NCBI GenBank assembly: GCA_010014665.1
Contig: RZYF01000001.1
Location: 1-51,492 of the forward strand
Direction of reading: 5' to 3'
Length of the DNA stretch: 51,492 nucleotides
From: Candidatus Saccharimonadota bacterium
Lineage (GTDB): Bacteria; Patescibacteriota; Saccharimonadia; Saccharimonadales; Saccharimonadaceae
A model generated the notes under the pieces. That model was not told where the DNA came from and searched no databases. It worked only from the letters and a program-made list of their open reading frames with translations. Numbering within the stretch: the first letter of the stretch is position 1; every line of letters begins with the position of its first letter. A program made the translations under genes and the position numbers. Of the stretch, positions 36,775-45,738 are shown piece after piece.

Positions 36775-37533
36775 TTACCATCTTCTCATCATTCCGTCTA
36801 CAATGAACTTGCTTGCTTTTCGCACATTTGGCTCTTCAACCATTTTGCTTTCACGCTTCATCCTGTTTACTATACGCCTTGGCACAGATTCTACAAGTAT
36901 AAACCTCTGATTAGCACCATCCTGTTGAACAAATCCAGACTTGTATATCAATGTTTTCGTTCCGGACTGGTTAAACTGTTTTATGTTCCACACAATTTCA
37001 TCATACTCTTTTTCCGATTGCGTGATGAACATCCTTGTTTCCTCGTTTTTCATTGTTTCCAAATTGTAGTGAAGTCCCAATCTGTGGCAATATTCAGACC
37101 GTTCATTGTAGAAGTCTTGATCACGAGTTACAAATAGAGCATTGTTATAAGTAGTTTTCATCCATTTGTTTATTACTTTTGGTTCATCAATGCGCACAAA
37201 CTGACGATACTTGATTGCATTCTCGCCATTGTAAATCTTTTCAAATCGTACAGCACCAACAGGGTCACGCGACTTATTGGCCAAACATAATGCACCTGAA
37301 ACAAACTTGTAGTGCTGAATACTACTTGTTTTCAATACTTCATATTCACGTGCAATTACTGGCAAGTACCTGCATTGAACTTTGAGTGTGTTCCTGCGAA
37401 GAGTTGCAATCACCTTGTCGTTGTTCATGATACGTCCAATGCTGTGAGTATCATACAAGTAGCGCAAACGCTTGTAAGGGTGTATTACATGCCCGTAAGT
37501 ATCACACTTATACATGTCGGTCATTTCACTCAT
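36775..37533 (-). CDS. hypothetical protein (252 aa)
   Basis: Long ORF ending in tandem TAA TAA. No motif recognised. Confidence 0.6.
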   Translation of the reverse strand: MSEMTDMYKCDTYGHVIHPYKRLRYLYDTHSIGRIMNNDKVIATLRRNTLKVQCRYLPVIAREYEVLKTSSIQHYKFVSGALCLANKSRDPVGAVRFEKIYNGENAIKYRQFVRIDEPKVINKWMKTTYNNALFVTRDQDFYNERSEYCHRLGLHYNLETMKNEETRMFITQSEKEYDEIVWNIKQFNQSGTKTLIYKSGFVQQDGANQRFILVESVPRRIVNRMKRESKMVEEPNVRKASKFIVDGMMRRW

Positions 37534-38074
37534 TTGCTATTTGAACACATTTCAATATTTGTGCAAGTTTGCCATCCATTCCTTTGCCTTCAAATTCAGA
37601 AATCTTTACTGAATGGCGACTAGGTTTCCAGTACTTCATAGCACCTTTTTCTACTACCTCTCCACCGAGCAACTTGTACATGTTCCTGTACGTATACTGT
37701 CCATCGAATCGAATATCACGATGCATGTCCATGAACAACGAAAGCTCTGGTCTGTTCTTGTTTAGCCAGTCATAGAATGACTTAACAGCAACGCCATCCT
37801 TTGAATGTGGAGACATTCTAGAACCAAGGTGATGATCTGGACATAACACAATGATATTGCGTGGATCATATCGGAACAGTCTGTGCAATTCTTTTGACAA
37901 CGCATGGTGACCCATTGAACGTATTCTACGCCTGTTGTACACTCCGGACGTAGCACCGCACACCTCGCATGGAAGACCACGATAACGACATAGAAACAGG
38001 CTGTCGCATGCATTTAGCCAACCGCCCGTATCCGCACCTGAATAATTAGTTGATCGCTTCATCGTTCTTCTCAT
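37526..38074 (-). CDS. HNH-like / NinG-like zinc-finger nuclease candidate (182 aa)
   Basis: CEVCG ... GHHALSK ... NIIVLCPDHH. Confidence 0.4.
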   Translation of the reverse strand: MRRTMKRSTNYSGADTGGWLNACDSLFLCRYRGLPCEVCGATSGVYNRRRIRSMGHHALSKELHRLFRYDPRNIIVLCPDHHLGSRMSPHSKDGVAVKSFYDWLNKNRPELSLFMDMHRDIRFDGQYTYRNMYKLLGGEVVEKGAMKYWKPSRHSVKISEFEGKGMDGKLAQILKCVQIANE

Positions 38075-38303
38075 TCACAAGTGCAACACATGCTCTGTGG
38101 AATTTGATAAGGAATACGATGGTTGCCTTTGCTTTGCCGTTTTCAATTCTGCTCAACATTCCAGCAGGTTCGTTGAGTTTCTTCTGAACATCTGCTTGTG
38201 ATAATTTGCATGACTCGCGGAACAACTTTACTTCTGCTCCTGTTTCTGCATCTGTTTCCTTAACGAATCTTGCGACTATAGCTTGTGGTGGTAGTGTAAT
38301 CAT
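38046..38303 (-). CDS. XRE/Cro-type helix-turn-helix protein (85 aa)
   Basis: LFRESCKLSQADVQKKLNEPAGMLSRIENGK. Confidence 0.6.
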   Translation of the reverse strand: MITLPPQAIVARFVKETDAETGAEVKLFRESCKLSQADVQKKLNEPAGMLSRIENGKAKATIVFLIKFHRACVALVNEKNDEAIN

Positions 38304-38485
38304 TTCTCTCCTTCTATTGCTTTCTGAATGTTATACAGTTTGAATCGTTCTGATGCAAGTTCTTTTTTAAGTGAATTTATTTTAGCGTTCATCTCTTCAA
38401 TTAATCCAACATCGAAAACATGAAGAACGCTGAGTCCGACAATGCATAGAAACATTATTGCAAATACAATACTCGACAGGATCAT
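38300..38485 (-). CDS. small membrane protein (61 aa)
   Basis: N-terminal TM MILSSIVFAIMFLCIVGLSVL. ATGA-type coupling. Confidence 0.5.
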   Translation of the reverse strand: MILSSIVFAIMFLCIVGLSVLHVFDVGLIEEMNAKINSLKKELASERFKLYNIQKAIEGEK

Positions 38486-38721
38486 ATCTCACCTTCCTTT
38501 ATTCCAAGTTCAATCTCGTAATAACCAACCCACGGCATATCTCCGTGAAGAATCGGCATCTCCAGCTTGCTGTTCGGATAAGACTCTCTGAAGTTTTTCT
38601 TGAATGATTCATAACCTTCATGTGTTGTAATATCAACTTCTTCGTATTCAATTCCTGCTTCTTCCAGTTTATCTTTTGCTTTGAAACAGTCTGGGCAATG
38701 CGATGTGTAAAATATATTCAT
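38482..38721 (-). CDS. glutaredoxin/NrdH-like redoxin (79 aa)
   Basis: CPDC active-site motif near the N-terminus, then KLEEAGIEYEEVDI. Confidence 0.7.
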   Translation of the reverse strand: MNIFYTSHCPDCFKAKDKLEEAGIEYEEVDITTHEGYESFKKNFRESYPNSKLEMPILHGDMPWVGYYEIELGIKEGEI

Positions 38722-39014
38722 TTCATTCCTTTCTTATATAATTCAGCAAGTTCTTCTGCAACTCTCTGCTTGAACGATTCTGGCCCATCATCACCAGACA
38801 CTAACCAGTCTATTCTTTTTACAAGTAAAGATCCAAGTTTTAGAATTGTAACTGCATCTTTAAAGTATCCCAATATGTCTGCATCATAGTGTCGTCCAAT
38901 GGTGTATCCCCATTCATCCTTTTCAGTTGAATCATTAGTCTCTATAAGACGACCTATTTCGTCTGTAATATCATCAATATTGTACTGTTTATAATCAAAG
39001 TGTCCTCCACTCAT
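38718..39014 (-). CDS. hypothetical acidic protein (98 aa)
   Basis: Coupled ORF. No motif recognised. Confidence 0.5.
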   Translation of the reverse strand: MSGGHFDYKQYNIDDITDEIGRLIETNDSTEKDEWGYTIGRHYDADILGYFKDAVTILKLGSLLVKRIDWLVSGDDGPESFKQRVAEELAELYKKGMK

Positions 39015-39026
39015 TTCATTCCTTTT

Positions 39027-39410
39027 CTATACTGTTCTCATTCCACTTACAAATGCAAATCCTGTCGAATATTCTACAAGCAGGAATGATCCACCACCTT
39101 GGAGTATGATCTTGAACTTAACATCTGCATCATCTATGTGCGAAAATATAGCATGGATGAATCGTGTATTAAACTTTGCATTCAGTTCAAAATCACATTC
39201 AATTCCTGTCTTGAACTCAATATCGCCATGATCTGACGTTGAAACGATGGTTAAGTCTTTACCAAATATAAAGTTCATGCTGAAATCTGACTCGGTTGAA
39301 ATCAGCAACGCACTTTTAACACCATCCATTATGCGATTAGAAATTACATTCACTTCATGGTTAAATGTCTGATTAATTATTGGCTTAATGTTCGGATATG
39401 TTCCATTTTT
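39027..39410 (-). CDS. dnaN: C-terminal (domain III-like) part of the DnaN-like sliding clamp. Open frame directly after an in-frame TAA, with no ATG of its own.
   Basis: NAKFNTRFIHAIFSHIDDADVKF...FAFVSGMR parallels IGFNVSYVLDVLNAL...YVVMPMRL of E. coli DnaN. Same frame as 39411..40094. Confidence 0.6.
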   Translation of the reverse strand, partial: KNGTYPNIKPIINQTFNHEVNVISNRIMDGVKSALLISTESDFSMNFIFGKDLTIVSTSDHGDIEFKTGIECDFELNAKFNTRFIHAIFSHIDDADVKFKIILQGGGSFLLVEYSTGFAFVSGMRTV

Positions 39411-40094
39411 TTATGACATCATCACGCATAAATCATCGGTACGCACAACCATCTTTGTATCCGACAATGCAATAGTGCAATTACATTTTCCAGCAAGTGC
39501 TTTTGATAGTGACTCTGAATGCTTTGCAGAAATCATTGCACTTGTTTCACGTTTAGTATCACAAGTAATGTTTGATGTTGCCATTCTGTAACCATCTGTT
39601 CCTGTTATATGTACTCCATCATCAAAAATGAAGTGCAATGAATTCTTCACATCCTGTTCCATAGTGTGACACGCATAAACGGTGTTAGAAATCATCTTGG
39701 ACAGCTCGGTTGCAGAACATTCAGTAATGACTTCAGCGTTATCCATGACAACTTCTGGGTAGTCTTCAGCATTGATGATTGGCAACTTTATCTTTCGTCC
39801 ATCTGATTTAATAACAACAGTTGAATCAAGAACTTCAAGCTCTATCTCGCCAGCAGCACTTTTGACAACCTTGGAAAACATTGTGTGATCTACAGCAAAC
39901 TTATAGCAATCTGTTGATTGTACATCAACTGATTGAGATATTGCAATGGATAAGTCTGTTGCAGTAAGAGTCATGCATGTATTGCTAATGCTAACGTGAA
40001 CATTTTGCAGTGTAGTAATAGCTGGCCTTGAAGAAATAGCACAAGCAGTTGCCGATAATGCGTCTATCAATTCTGCTTTGTTTACAGTAATCAT
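39411..40094 (-). CDS. dnaN: N-terminal (domains I-II-like) part of the DnaN-like sliding clamp, ending at TAA 39413..39411
   Basis: ITVNKAELIDAL, TLTATDLSIAI, LPIINAEDYPEV, TGTDGYRMA are clamp-like segments. 227 aa. Confidence 0.7.
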   Translation of the reverse strand: MITVNKAELIDALSATACAISSRPAITTLQNVHVSISNTCMTLTATDLSIAISQSVDVQSTDCYKFAVDHTMFSKVVKSAAGEIELEVLDSTVVIKSDGRKIKLPIINAEDYPEVVMDNAEVITECSATELSKMISNTVYACHTMEQDVKNSLHFIFDDGVHITGTDGYRMATSNITCDTKRETSAMISAKHSESLSKALAGKCNCTIALSDTKMVVRTDDLCVMMS

Positions 40095-40163
40095 TTCGCA
40101 AGCCTTTCATACATTTCTTTTTCACGCTTAGTCCATTTTGATCTCGGAACTACCATATAATGG

Positions 40164-40619
40164 TCAAACTCGTCTCCATTTCTTATACCAATCACAGAAA
40201 ATGTGCATCCGTTTTTTCATGTCAAAAAACCTCCTTTGTGTAGCGCATTTGACTGATTCGTCCCAGCACTCAACAAGAACCTTGTCTTTAAGCTCCGTGT
40301 CTTCACCACGCTCTTCATCAGAATCATCTTTCCATTTAAGACCATCTTTAACAGTATAGATTAGATGCTTTGCGTGATCTTCTGCTATACAGTGATTGTC
40401 TACCACTCTTTCACGCTCATGCTTTACGCCATGAATCCATGCTGATTTGTATACAAACGAGAAGAACTCTTCAAGTGCTTCTAGGAAAAAATCGTAGTCG
40501 TCACGTGAGCCTGCGTCCACAATTTTGGATGTTACTCTAATTAAGTTTCTTGTATAATCGCAATGGCAGTCAATCATTTCCGCGTCAGCTTTGTTAATCT
40601 CTTCAATTCGTTCTTTCAT
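40164..40619 (-). CDS. hypothetical protein (151 aa)
   Basis: ORF in the operon. Confidence 0.5.
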   Translation of the reverse strand: MKERIEEINKADAEMIDCHCDYTRNLIRVTSKIVDAGSRDDYDFFLEALEEFFSFVYKSAWIHGVKHERERVVDNHCIAEDHAKHLIYTVKDGLKWKDDSDEERGEDTELKDKVLVECWDESVKCATQRRFFDMKKRMHIFCDWYKKWRRV

Positions 40620-40953
40620 TCTGTTCTTTCTCCATAATTAGGTTATCTAGTTCTGTTATACCGCACTTGTGTAGAAAGTGCAGTCTATTATGTCTATAAC
40701 CGCACAACATTATGTGTTCGCATATTGCACGCCCAGTTAAGTATCCAATTGTACATTCAACACTGAACGAGTCGTTATGGCATACGTTCTTTTTTCTTGG
40801 TGTTAGTGTATAGTAGTCAAGAGGAACTCCATTGACTATAATACCACTGCGCACAAACCTACGATAATCGTTGATTGCAGTTTCGATCATCCTACTGTAG
40901 AATTTGCGGACAATGCTTTCATCATCGCTTTTCATATTGCATCCTTTCTGCAA
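40603..40953 (-). CDS. hypothetical protein (116 aa)
   Basis: ORF in the operon. Confidence 0.5.
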   Translation of the reverse strand: MQKGCNMKSDDESIVRKFYSRMIETAINDYRRFVRSGIIVNGVPLDYYTLTPRKKNVCHNDSFSVECTIGYLTGRAICEHIMLCGYRHNRLHFLHKCGITELDNLIMEKEQNERTN

Positions 40954-40988
40954 TCATATAATCATATCTTGTAGAAAAAGTAAACTGT

Positions 40989-41183
40989 TTACTTCTGAAA
41001 AGTGAAAGTTCCTAACTTGTGAACTTCTGTGTCTAGCTTTATCACCTTGATATGTCCACAAAATAAAGATGGAAGTACAACGTCAACAAGTAGCTTTTTC
41101 TGTTCATCGTTGATGGCAATTAAAACTGGCTCTCCGTTTACAACTGCTGTCAAAGTTACGTGTTCAAGTTTTCTGTTTTCCAT
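40989..41183 (-). CDS. hypothetical protein (64 aa; trimmed to the ATG at 41183)
   Basis: Strong SD GAAAGGAAG upstream of MENRKLEH. The longer ORF would overlap dnaB. Confidence 0.5.
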   Translation of the reverse strand: MENRKLEHVTLTAVVNGEPVLIAINDEQKKLLVDVVLPSLFCGHIKVIKLDTEVHKLGTFTFQK

Positions 41184-41193
41184 TTTCTTCCTT

Positions 41194-42423
41194 TCAATAA
41201 TCTTCATCACGTTCAATGAATCTGTAGTATGCAAACTGAGAATCAAGTTTGAATCGTGTAGTTTGACCATGACGATTCTTTTCGAGATTCAGTTCAACTA
41301 TGTCTTTGTCTTCGTACTTCTTGTGCAACAGGATAATTGATGTAGCATCCTGCTCGATTGATCCAGATTCGCGCAAATCGGCCATTGTTGGTGGCTTAAC
41401 CGTTGACGTGCCTGGTGGTCTACGTAACTGCGACAACACCATAAACGGTATTCCCAGTTTCTTCTGCAACCGTGCAAGGCTGTTTGATATGTCTGTAACA
41501 GCTTCGTAACGATTGTTGAATCTGCCCTTGATCAACTGCAAGTAATCAACAACGATAAACTCTACCTTGTGCCGTTTGACAGCATATTCAATCCACGAAC
41601 ATATCTTGTGAATATCCTGTGTTTCATCTGGAGCAAAAAACAATGGCATGTTGGACAACTCTCTAGCTGTTTCTCGCATTTTGTTTGCTTCACTTGTCGT
41701 TAGTCTCCGATTCATCATCCTGTATCCATGAACATTGCCGACGTTGGCGATTATGCGCTGAATACATTGAGACGCAGGCATTTCAACCGAAACAAAGCCT
41801 ACACGTTTTCCACTTCCAAGTTGTGATGCGGTTTCCTGTAAAGCAAAGGTTGTCTTTCCAGCACCGGGACGAGCACCAATGACACACATACCACGATATG
41901 TCATCACTCGGTTAAGCTTGCCAAACATACTAGGCAATCCTTCTACAACTCCGTGATCATAATCGTGTATCACATTGTTGCATATGTCTGCTATTGTTTC
42001 ATCCTTTCCACAACCAACAATTGCTTCGTCATACACATCACCAAGCTGTCCGATGATATTTTCGTAACCATCATCCTGTATGAGTCGCAACAATTTGTTT
42101 TTAAGTAATCTCTCTTTGGAAGCGTTTATTATGCTTCTACACGTATTCATGAACAAAGCCTTAGATTCACCCATATCGCTGTTGCCCATTGCAATCTGCG
42201 CCACCTCTGACGCTTCTTGGTTAAGTTCTTTGACAACGGTCAGTAGGTGAGGTTGATCTCCATTTTCGGACACGCGAATGATTGCTTTAAATACTTCTCC
42301 GCAAACATCTGATTCGAAATGATCAGCGGTTAAACCTGTGTCGTCGATCATATAATGGGACTCTTCCCAGTATTCTAGAAGAGTCCCCAAGATCAACAGT
42401 TCTTCATATGTTGGTTCGTTCAT
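41194..42423 (-). CDS. dnaB: replicative DNA helicase, DnaB family
   Basis: Walker A GARPGAGKTTFAL, Walker B FIVVDYLQLI, then VLSQLRR. 409 aa. Confidence 0.9.
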   Translation of the reverse strand: MNEPTYEELLILGTLLEYWEESHYMIDDTGLTADHFESDVCGEVFKAIIRVSENGDQPHLLTVVKELNQEASEVAQIAMGNSDMGESKALFMNTCRSIINASKERLLKNKLLRLIQDDGYENIIGQLGDVYDEAIVGCGKDETIADICNNVIHDYDHGVVEGLPSMFGKLNRVMTYRGMCVIGARPGAGKTTFALQETASQLGSGKRVGFVSVEMPASQCIQRIIANVGNVHGYRMMNRRLTTSEANKMRETARELSNMPLFFAPDETQDIHKICSWIEYAVKRHKVEFIVVDYLQLIKGRFNNRYEAVTDISNSLARLQKKLGIPFMVLSQLRRPPGTSTVKPPTMADLRESGSIEQDATSIILLHKKYEDKDIVELNLEKNRHGQTTRFKLDSQFAYYRFIERDEDY

Positions 42424-42425
42424 TA

Positions 42426-42695
42426 CTATCTTTCTATCCTGTTTTCATATCTTTCATAGATATAACCAGAATATACATCTTCCATAAGTTTAAGCATCTC
42501 AACAACATTTGCTATGTACATGTTATCTCGATGCTGTTCATATATATCAAGCATCCTGCTTCCGTAATTCAATTCGTTTACTATGTCTCTACGTGATTGT
42601 TTGCAGTAGTCATTGTTAAATTCTGCAATTACAATATCTGGATGTATGTAATCAGCATTAAGTAACTTTCTGCCTTTAAGTTTAACGTTTCTCAT
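42426..42695 (-). CDS. hypothetical protein (89 aa)
   Basis: ORF in the operon. Confidence 0.5.
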   Translation of the reverse strand: MRNVKLKGRKLLNADYIHPDIVIAEFNNDYCKQSRRDIVNELNYGSRMLDIYEQHRDNMYIANVVEMLKLMEDVYSGYIYERYENRIER

Positions 42696-42867
42696 AAACT
42701 TTACCTTTCTCCTTGAAACAATCCGGCTTTGACACGAATCGTGAAATCTGCAATCCGCACTGTGGTGCTAACTCTTCAACCTCTTTCGTTAATGCACGAT
42801 GGCAACCGTTGCCAAACTTGCATTCCTTCCAAAACTGGCAGTATGTACGATCTTTATAGCACATCAT
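42682..42867 (-). CDS. small Cys-rich protein (61 aa)
   Basis: MMCYKDRTYCQFWKECKFGNGCH. Confidence 0.45.
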   Translation of the reverse strand: MMCYKDRTYCQFWKECKFGNGCHRALTKEVEELAPQCGLQISRFVSKPDCFKEKGKVYEKR

Positions 42868-43313
42868 TTGTCTGTACTCCCAAATCCACCAGCACCACGG
42901 GTTGTAGTGCGTAGTTCGTCAACAATTTCAAATCCGGTAACAGGTTCCTTCACTCCGACAAACCTAATCTGGCACACAGAATCACCAAGCTTGTAGTTAG
43001 GAAGTTCAGTATGAATGTTGTAAAACATTGCCATGTACTCACCTGTGTAAGACTCGTCGCCAACTCCACAGCCGTTGGAAAGTGACAATCCCGTCTTGTA
43101 AACACTTGATCTTGGACGCAGATCAATCCATACACCTGCTGGCAAGTCGAAAGCAATTCCAAGCTTGTATTTAACAACCATCGGCTTGCTTCTAACATAT
43201 CCAAAGTGAAGTTCTTCCATCTCAGTAGCTACGCAGTCGAAACATGCGTCTGTGTCGTGGTGTTTGAATGGCACTTTGGCAGTCTCGTGTAACAGTTTAA
43301 TCTTAATCTTCAT
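42864..43313 (-). CDS. dut: dUTP diphosphatase
   Basis: GVGDESYTGEY (motif III-like) and TTRGAGGFGSTDK (motif V). Confidence 0.85.
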   Translation of the reverse strand: MKIKIKLLHETAKVPFKHHDTDACFDCVATEMEELHFGYVRSKPMVVKYKLGIAFDLPAGVWIDLRPRSSVYKTGLSLSNGCGVGDESYTGEYMAMFYNIHTELPNYKLGDSVCQIRFVGVKEPVTGFEIVDELRTTTRGAGGFGSTDK

Positions 43314-43551
43314 CGTTCTTTCCTTTTGTTTTAGCTTCCCAACCTTTGCAATCTTCTTTGTATCTTATACGCTTGTTTAGTTTTTTGCAATCAAAAGTTT
43401 TCCTTCCATGCTCAGGCATTCTTGCATGAACGCATACGCAACATGTCCTCCTGCATGGATTGAAGCAACACGACTTTTCATGCTTGGAACATGAATCAAC
43501 GTCATCAAAACATGCGTCACAATAAACGCATTCATATTTCAATATTGGCAT
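43303..43551 (-). CDS. Cys-rich zinc-finger-like protein (82 aa)
   Basis: CVYCDACF..CSKHEKSCCFNPCRRTCCVC. Confidence 0.5.
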   Translation of the reverse strand: MPILKYECVYCDACFDDVDSCSKHEKSCCFNPCRRTCCVCVHARMPEHGRKTFDCKKLNKRIRYKEDCKGWEAKTKGKNDED

Positions 43552-43554
43552 AAT

Positions 43555-44046
43555 CTATCCTTTCTGTGATGTTGGCTTTCTATCAAATCCGTATTCATGT
43601 TTAGCATACTCGTACAACTTTTCAAACATTTCTGTGTTTAAATTTTCATCATTGAACTTGCAACTCATGCATATCAGATCCCATACCTCGTCGACAGCGT
43701 GTTGTTTGGCCGTTTCCGTGCACCTATCGTCAACTTCTAGTGCTTCGAAGTATAAAGTGTCGATGTCGGCACAGGATGCGTTGTAGGCATGTTTAAATGC
43801 CGTTCTCGTCGATTCGTCATTTTCCTTGGATTTCAGGTGGTTAAGGTATTCATAGTACACTTGGATCAATCGCATTCCAGATGGTGCATCGAAGGTTGAA
43901 TCATAGTACCATTCGATAGCATTGCACATGGTGCTGTCGCTAAATCCTTTGATACGGTTGCGAAGGTATGAATCAACAAAGTTGTAATCAATGTATGTAG
44001 TCCAGCACATGCCGTACATTCGTGCCCATAGTGGTCGTTCTTTCAT
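43555..44046 (-). CDS. hypothetical protein (163 aa)
   Basis: ORF in the operon. Confidence 0.55.
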   Translation of the reverse strand: MKERPLWARMYGMCWTTYIDYNFVDSYLRNRIKGFSDSTMCNAIEWYYDSTFDAPSGMRLIQVYYEYLNHLKSKENDESTRTAFKHAYNASCADIDTLYFEALEVDDRCTETAKQHAVDEVWDLICMSCKFNDENLNTEMFEKLYEYAKHEYGFDRKPTSQKG

Positions 44047-44777
44047 TTGTCCTCCTTGTTGGCAGTAATAGCATTTTCAATACGAGCCTTCGCAATGTTG
44101 AAGTAGTCAAGATCTTTCTCTATGCCGATGAAGTCTCTGTTTAGGTTTGCACAGGCAACTCCTGTCGTGCCACTGCCCATTGCAAAGTCTAAAACAGTCT
44201 CGCCTTCATTGGTGTAGGTCTTGATGAGGTACTCCATCAGGGCTACTGGCTTTTGGGTTGGGTGTACTCTTCCCGTTCTCTTGGCATTAGAAATCTCCAA
44301 AATAGACCTTGGATAATACACATTATTTATTACTTTTTCAGCACCAATTACATTAAAAGCATTGTCGCTGTTTTTTGTCTTACCATTCTTAATTCTTTCC
44401 TTCCCCCTAGTTTCCATCAAAGGATAATACTCTGTTTTCCCATCACCAAAAACTGCTATATCTTCATGCACACGATAAGGCTGATATTTTACCAACATTG
44501 AATTTCCCCCTAGCTTTTTATCCCGCACCCAGCAATACTTAAACATCTTCATGTTAGAAGCAATCAGCGTTGTCGTGAACGGCTGGCTTGCCGTCATAAC
44601 AATAGCACCATTAGGCTTAATAACCCGCTTCAACTGTTTCCACATCTGCTCTAGCGGAATGATGCTATCCCACTTGCATGCCGTTGTTCCGTATGGTGGA
44701 TCGGTAAGAACCATATCTACGCTTCCGTCTTCAATGTCCTTCATTGCAATTAAGCAATCATCGTTAATAAGTTTCAT
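44043..44777 (-). CDS. DNA methyltransferase, N6A/N4C (DPPY) family (244 aa; trimmed to the ATG at 44777)
   Basis: MVLTDPPYG (motif IV) precedes DFAMGSGTTGVA (motif I). The start is ATGA-coupled to the upstream 62-aa ORF. Confidence 0.85.
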   Translation of the reverse strand: MKLINDDCLIAMKDIEDGSVDMVLTDPPYGTTACKWDSIIPLEQMWKQLKRVIKPNGAIVMTASQPFTTTLIASNMKMFKYCWVRDKKLGGNSMLVKYQPYRVHEDIAVFGDGKTEYYPLMETRGKERIKNGKTKNSDNAFNVIGAEKVINNVYYPRSILEISNAKRTGRVHPTQKPVALMEYLIKTYTNEGETVLDFAMGSGTTGVACANLNRDFIGIEKDLDYFNIAKARIENAITANKEDK

Positions 44778-44965
44778 CAGTCCTCCTTGTCCACTGCTCG
44801 GTACTCGAAAAGCGGAACATTCTTTTGTTGTTTTGCGGTTAATGTTTTCAAAGCTTGGTCTCGGCATTGTGCGGTACTGTACTCTTTCCACTTGTGCCAG
44901 CTTCGCCAACGTAACGAGCGCACCCTGCTTGACGGTGATACCCGAATTTCAACTATGTGCTTCAT
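44777..44965 (-). CDS. small basic protein (62 aa)
   Basis: ATGA overlaps at both ends, with the organiser gene and with the methyltransferase. Confidence 0.45.
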   Translation of the reverse strand: MKHIVEIRVSPSSRVRSLRWRSWHKWKEYSTAQCRDQALKTLTAKQQKNVPLFEYRAVDKED

Positions 44966-45738
44966 ATCAGTCCTCGTTTCTGTTCGTTCATTTGTGCAAA
45001 TAGGTTTGTGATTTTGTCCTGCTGTGGTGGTTTGCGGATAGCAAGTCTTCGTTCAACTTCGCGCGTCTTGTCTTCCCATAATCTGTCTTTAGGGTTTATC
45101 ATTTTGTGGAATCCTGTTATGTAGCCACTGTCATAAACTTCTAGGTATTTAGGAATGAACTCGATGATAGCATTCTTATCTTCATCAGACAGCTTCTTCC
45201 AGTGACGATATGATTCGGCTTTTGTACCAATATAACCGTATGACTCCCACACACTCTCAAACTCGGCAGAGTATATATTATTGTTATTCTTTACCTTCTT
45301 TTCCTTCTCTTCTTTCTCTACCTTCTTATTTGTGTCCATCTCCGTTTCATCTCCGTTCCGTTTGCGTTTCATCTGCGTTTCATCTGCGTTTCGCACTTCG
45401 TTGTAAGTCTCGTAATTGCAAATAGTTATCCGTGTCATTTTCGCTTCACCTTTTAAACGTATCATGTTTCGTTTTTGAAACAAATCTAAAACACGCTTAA
45501 CCTTGCTTTTTGACCATCCCCAACGCGAAGCAAGTGTGACCATAGACATGCAGACTTGACCTCTTGCAACCCATACTTCTTCGCTTCCTAGAATCAATGG
45601 CTTATCGTCTTCTTTTACAACAGTCTTTGCAGTAGTAAGCAAATCGAGCCATGCTTCAAACTTAGAGAACTCGCGTCTTTCAGTCCAAAATTCATTTTGC
45701 TGATATTTGCGATATAATTTAATAAATCCTTTATCCAT
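44962..45738 (-). CDS. replisome organiser / DnaD-like replication initiation protein (258 aa)
   Basis: N-terminal winged-helix-type pattern GFIKLYRKYQQNEFW...VARGQVCMSMVTLASRWGWSKSKVKRVLDLFQK. Internal iteron-like repeats. Confidence 0.6.
   Translation of the reverse strand: MDKGFIKLYRKYQQNEFWTERREFSKFEAWLDLLTTAKTVVKEDDKPLILGSEEVWVARGQVCMSMVTLASRWGWSKSKVKRVLDLFQKRNMIRLKGEAKMTRITICNYETYNEVRNADETQMKRKRNGDETEMDTNKKVEKEEKEKKVKNNNNIYSAEFESVWESYGYIGTKAESYRHWKKLSDEDKNAIIEFIPKYLEVYDSGYITGFHKMINPKDRLWEDKTREVERRLAIRKPPQQDKITNLFAQMNEQKRGLI
45341..45395. repeat. five tandem 11-bp units (consensus tgcgtttcatc): iteron-like origin candidate inside the organiser gene
   Basis: tccgtttcatc / tccgttccgtt / tgcgtttcatc / tgcgtttcatc / tgcgtttcgca. 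An A/T-rich stretch lies about 45270-45300. Confidence 0.55.
45695..45738. repeat. left copy of a 44-bp exact direct repeat
   Basis: ttttgctgatatttgcgatataatttaataaatcctttatccat is identical to 49425-49468. Confidence 0.9.

Noticed and set aside
43549-43557. ORFs 43555..44046 and 43303..43551 are in the same frame, separated by TAG-ATT-ATG
   Set aside because: The downstream gene has its own ATG, and I recognise no homology spanning the junction. Treated as coincidence.
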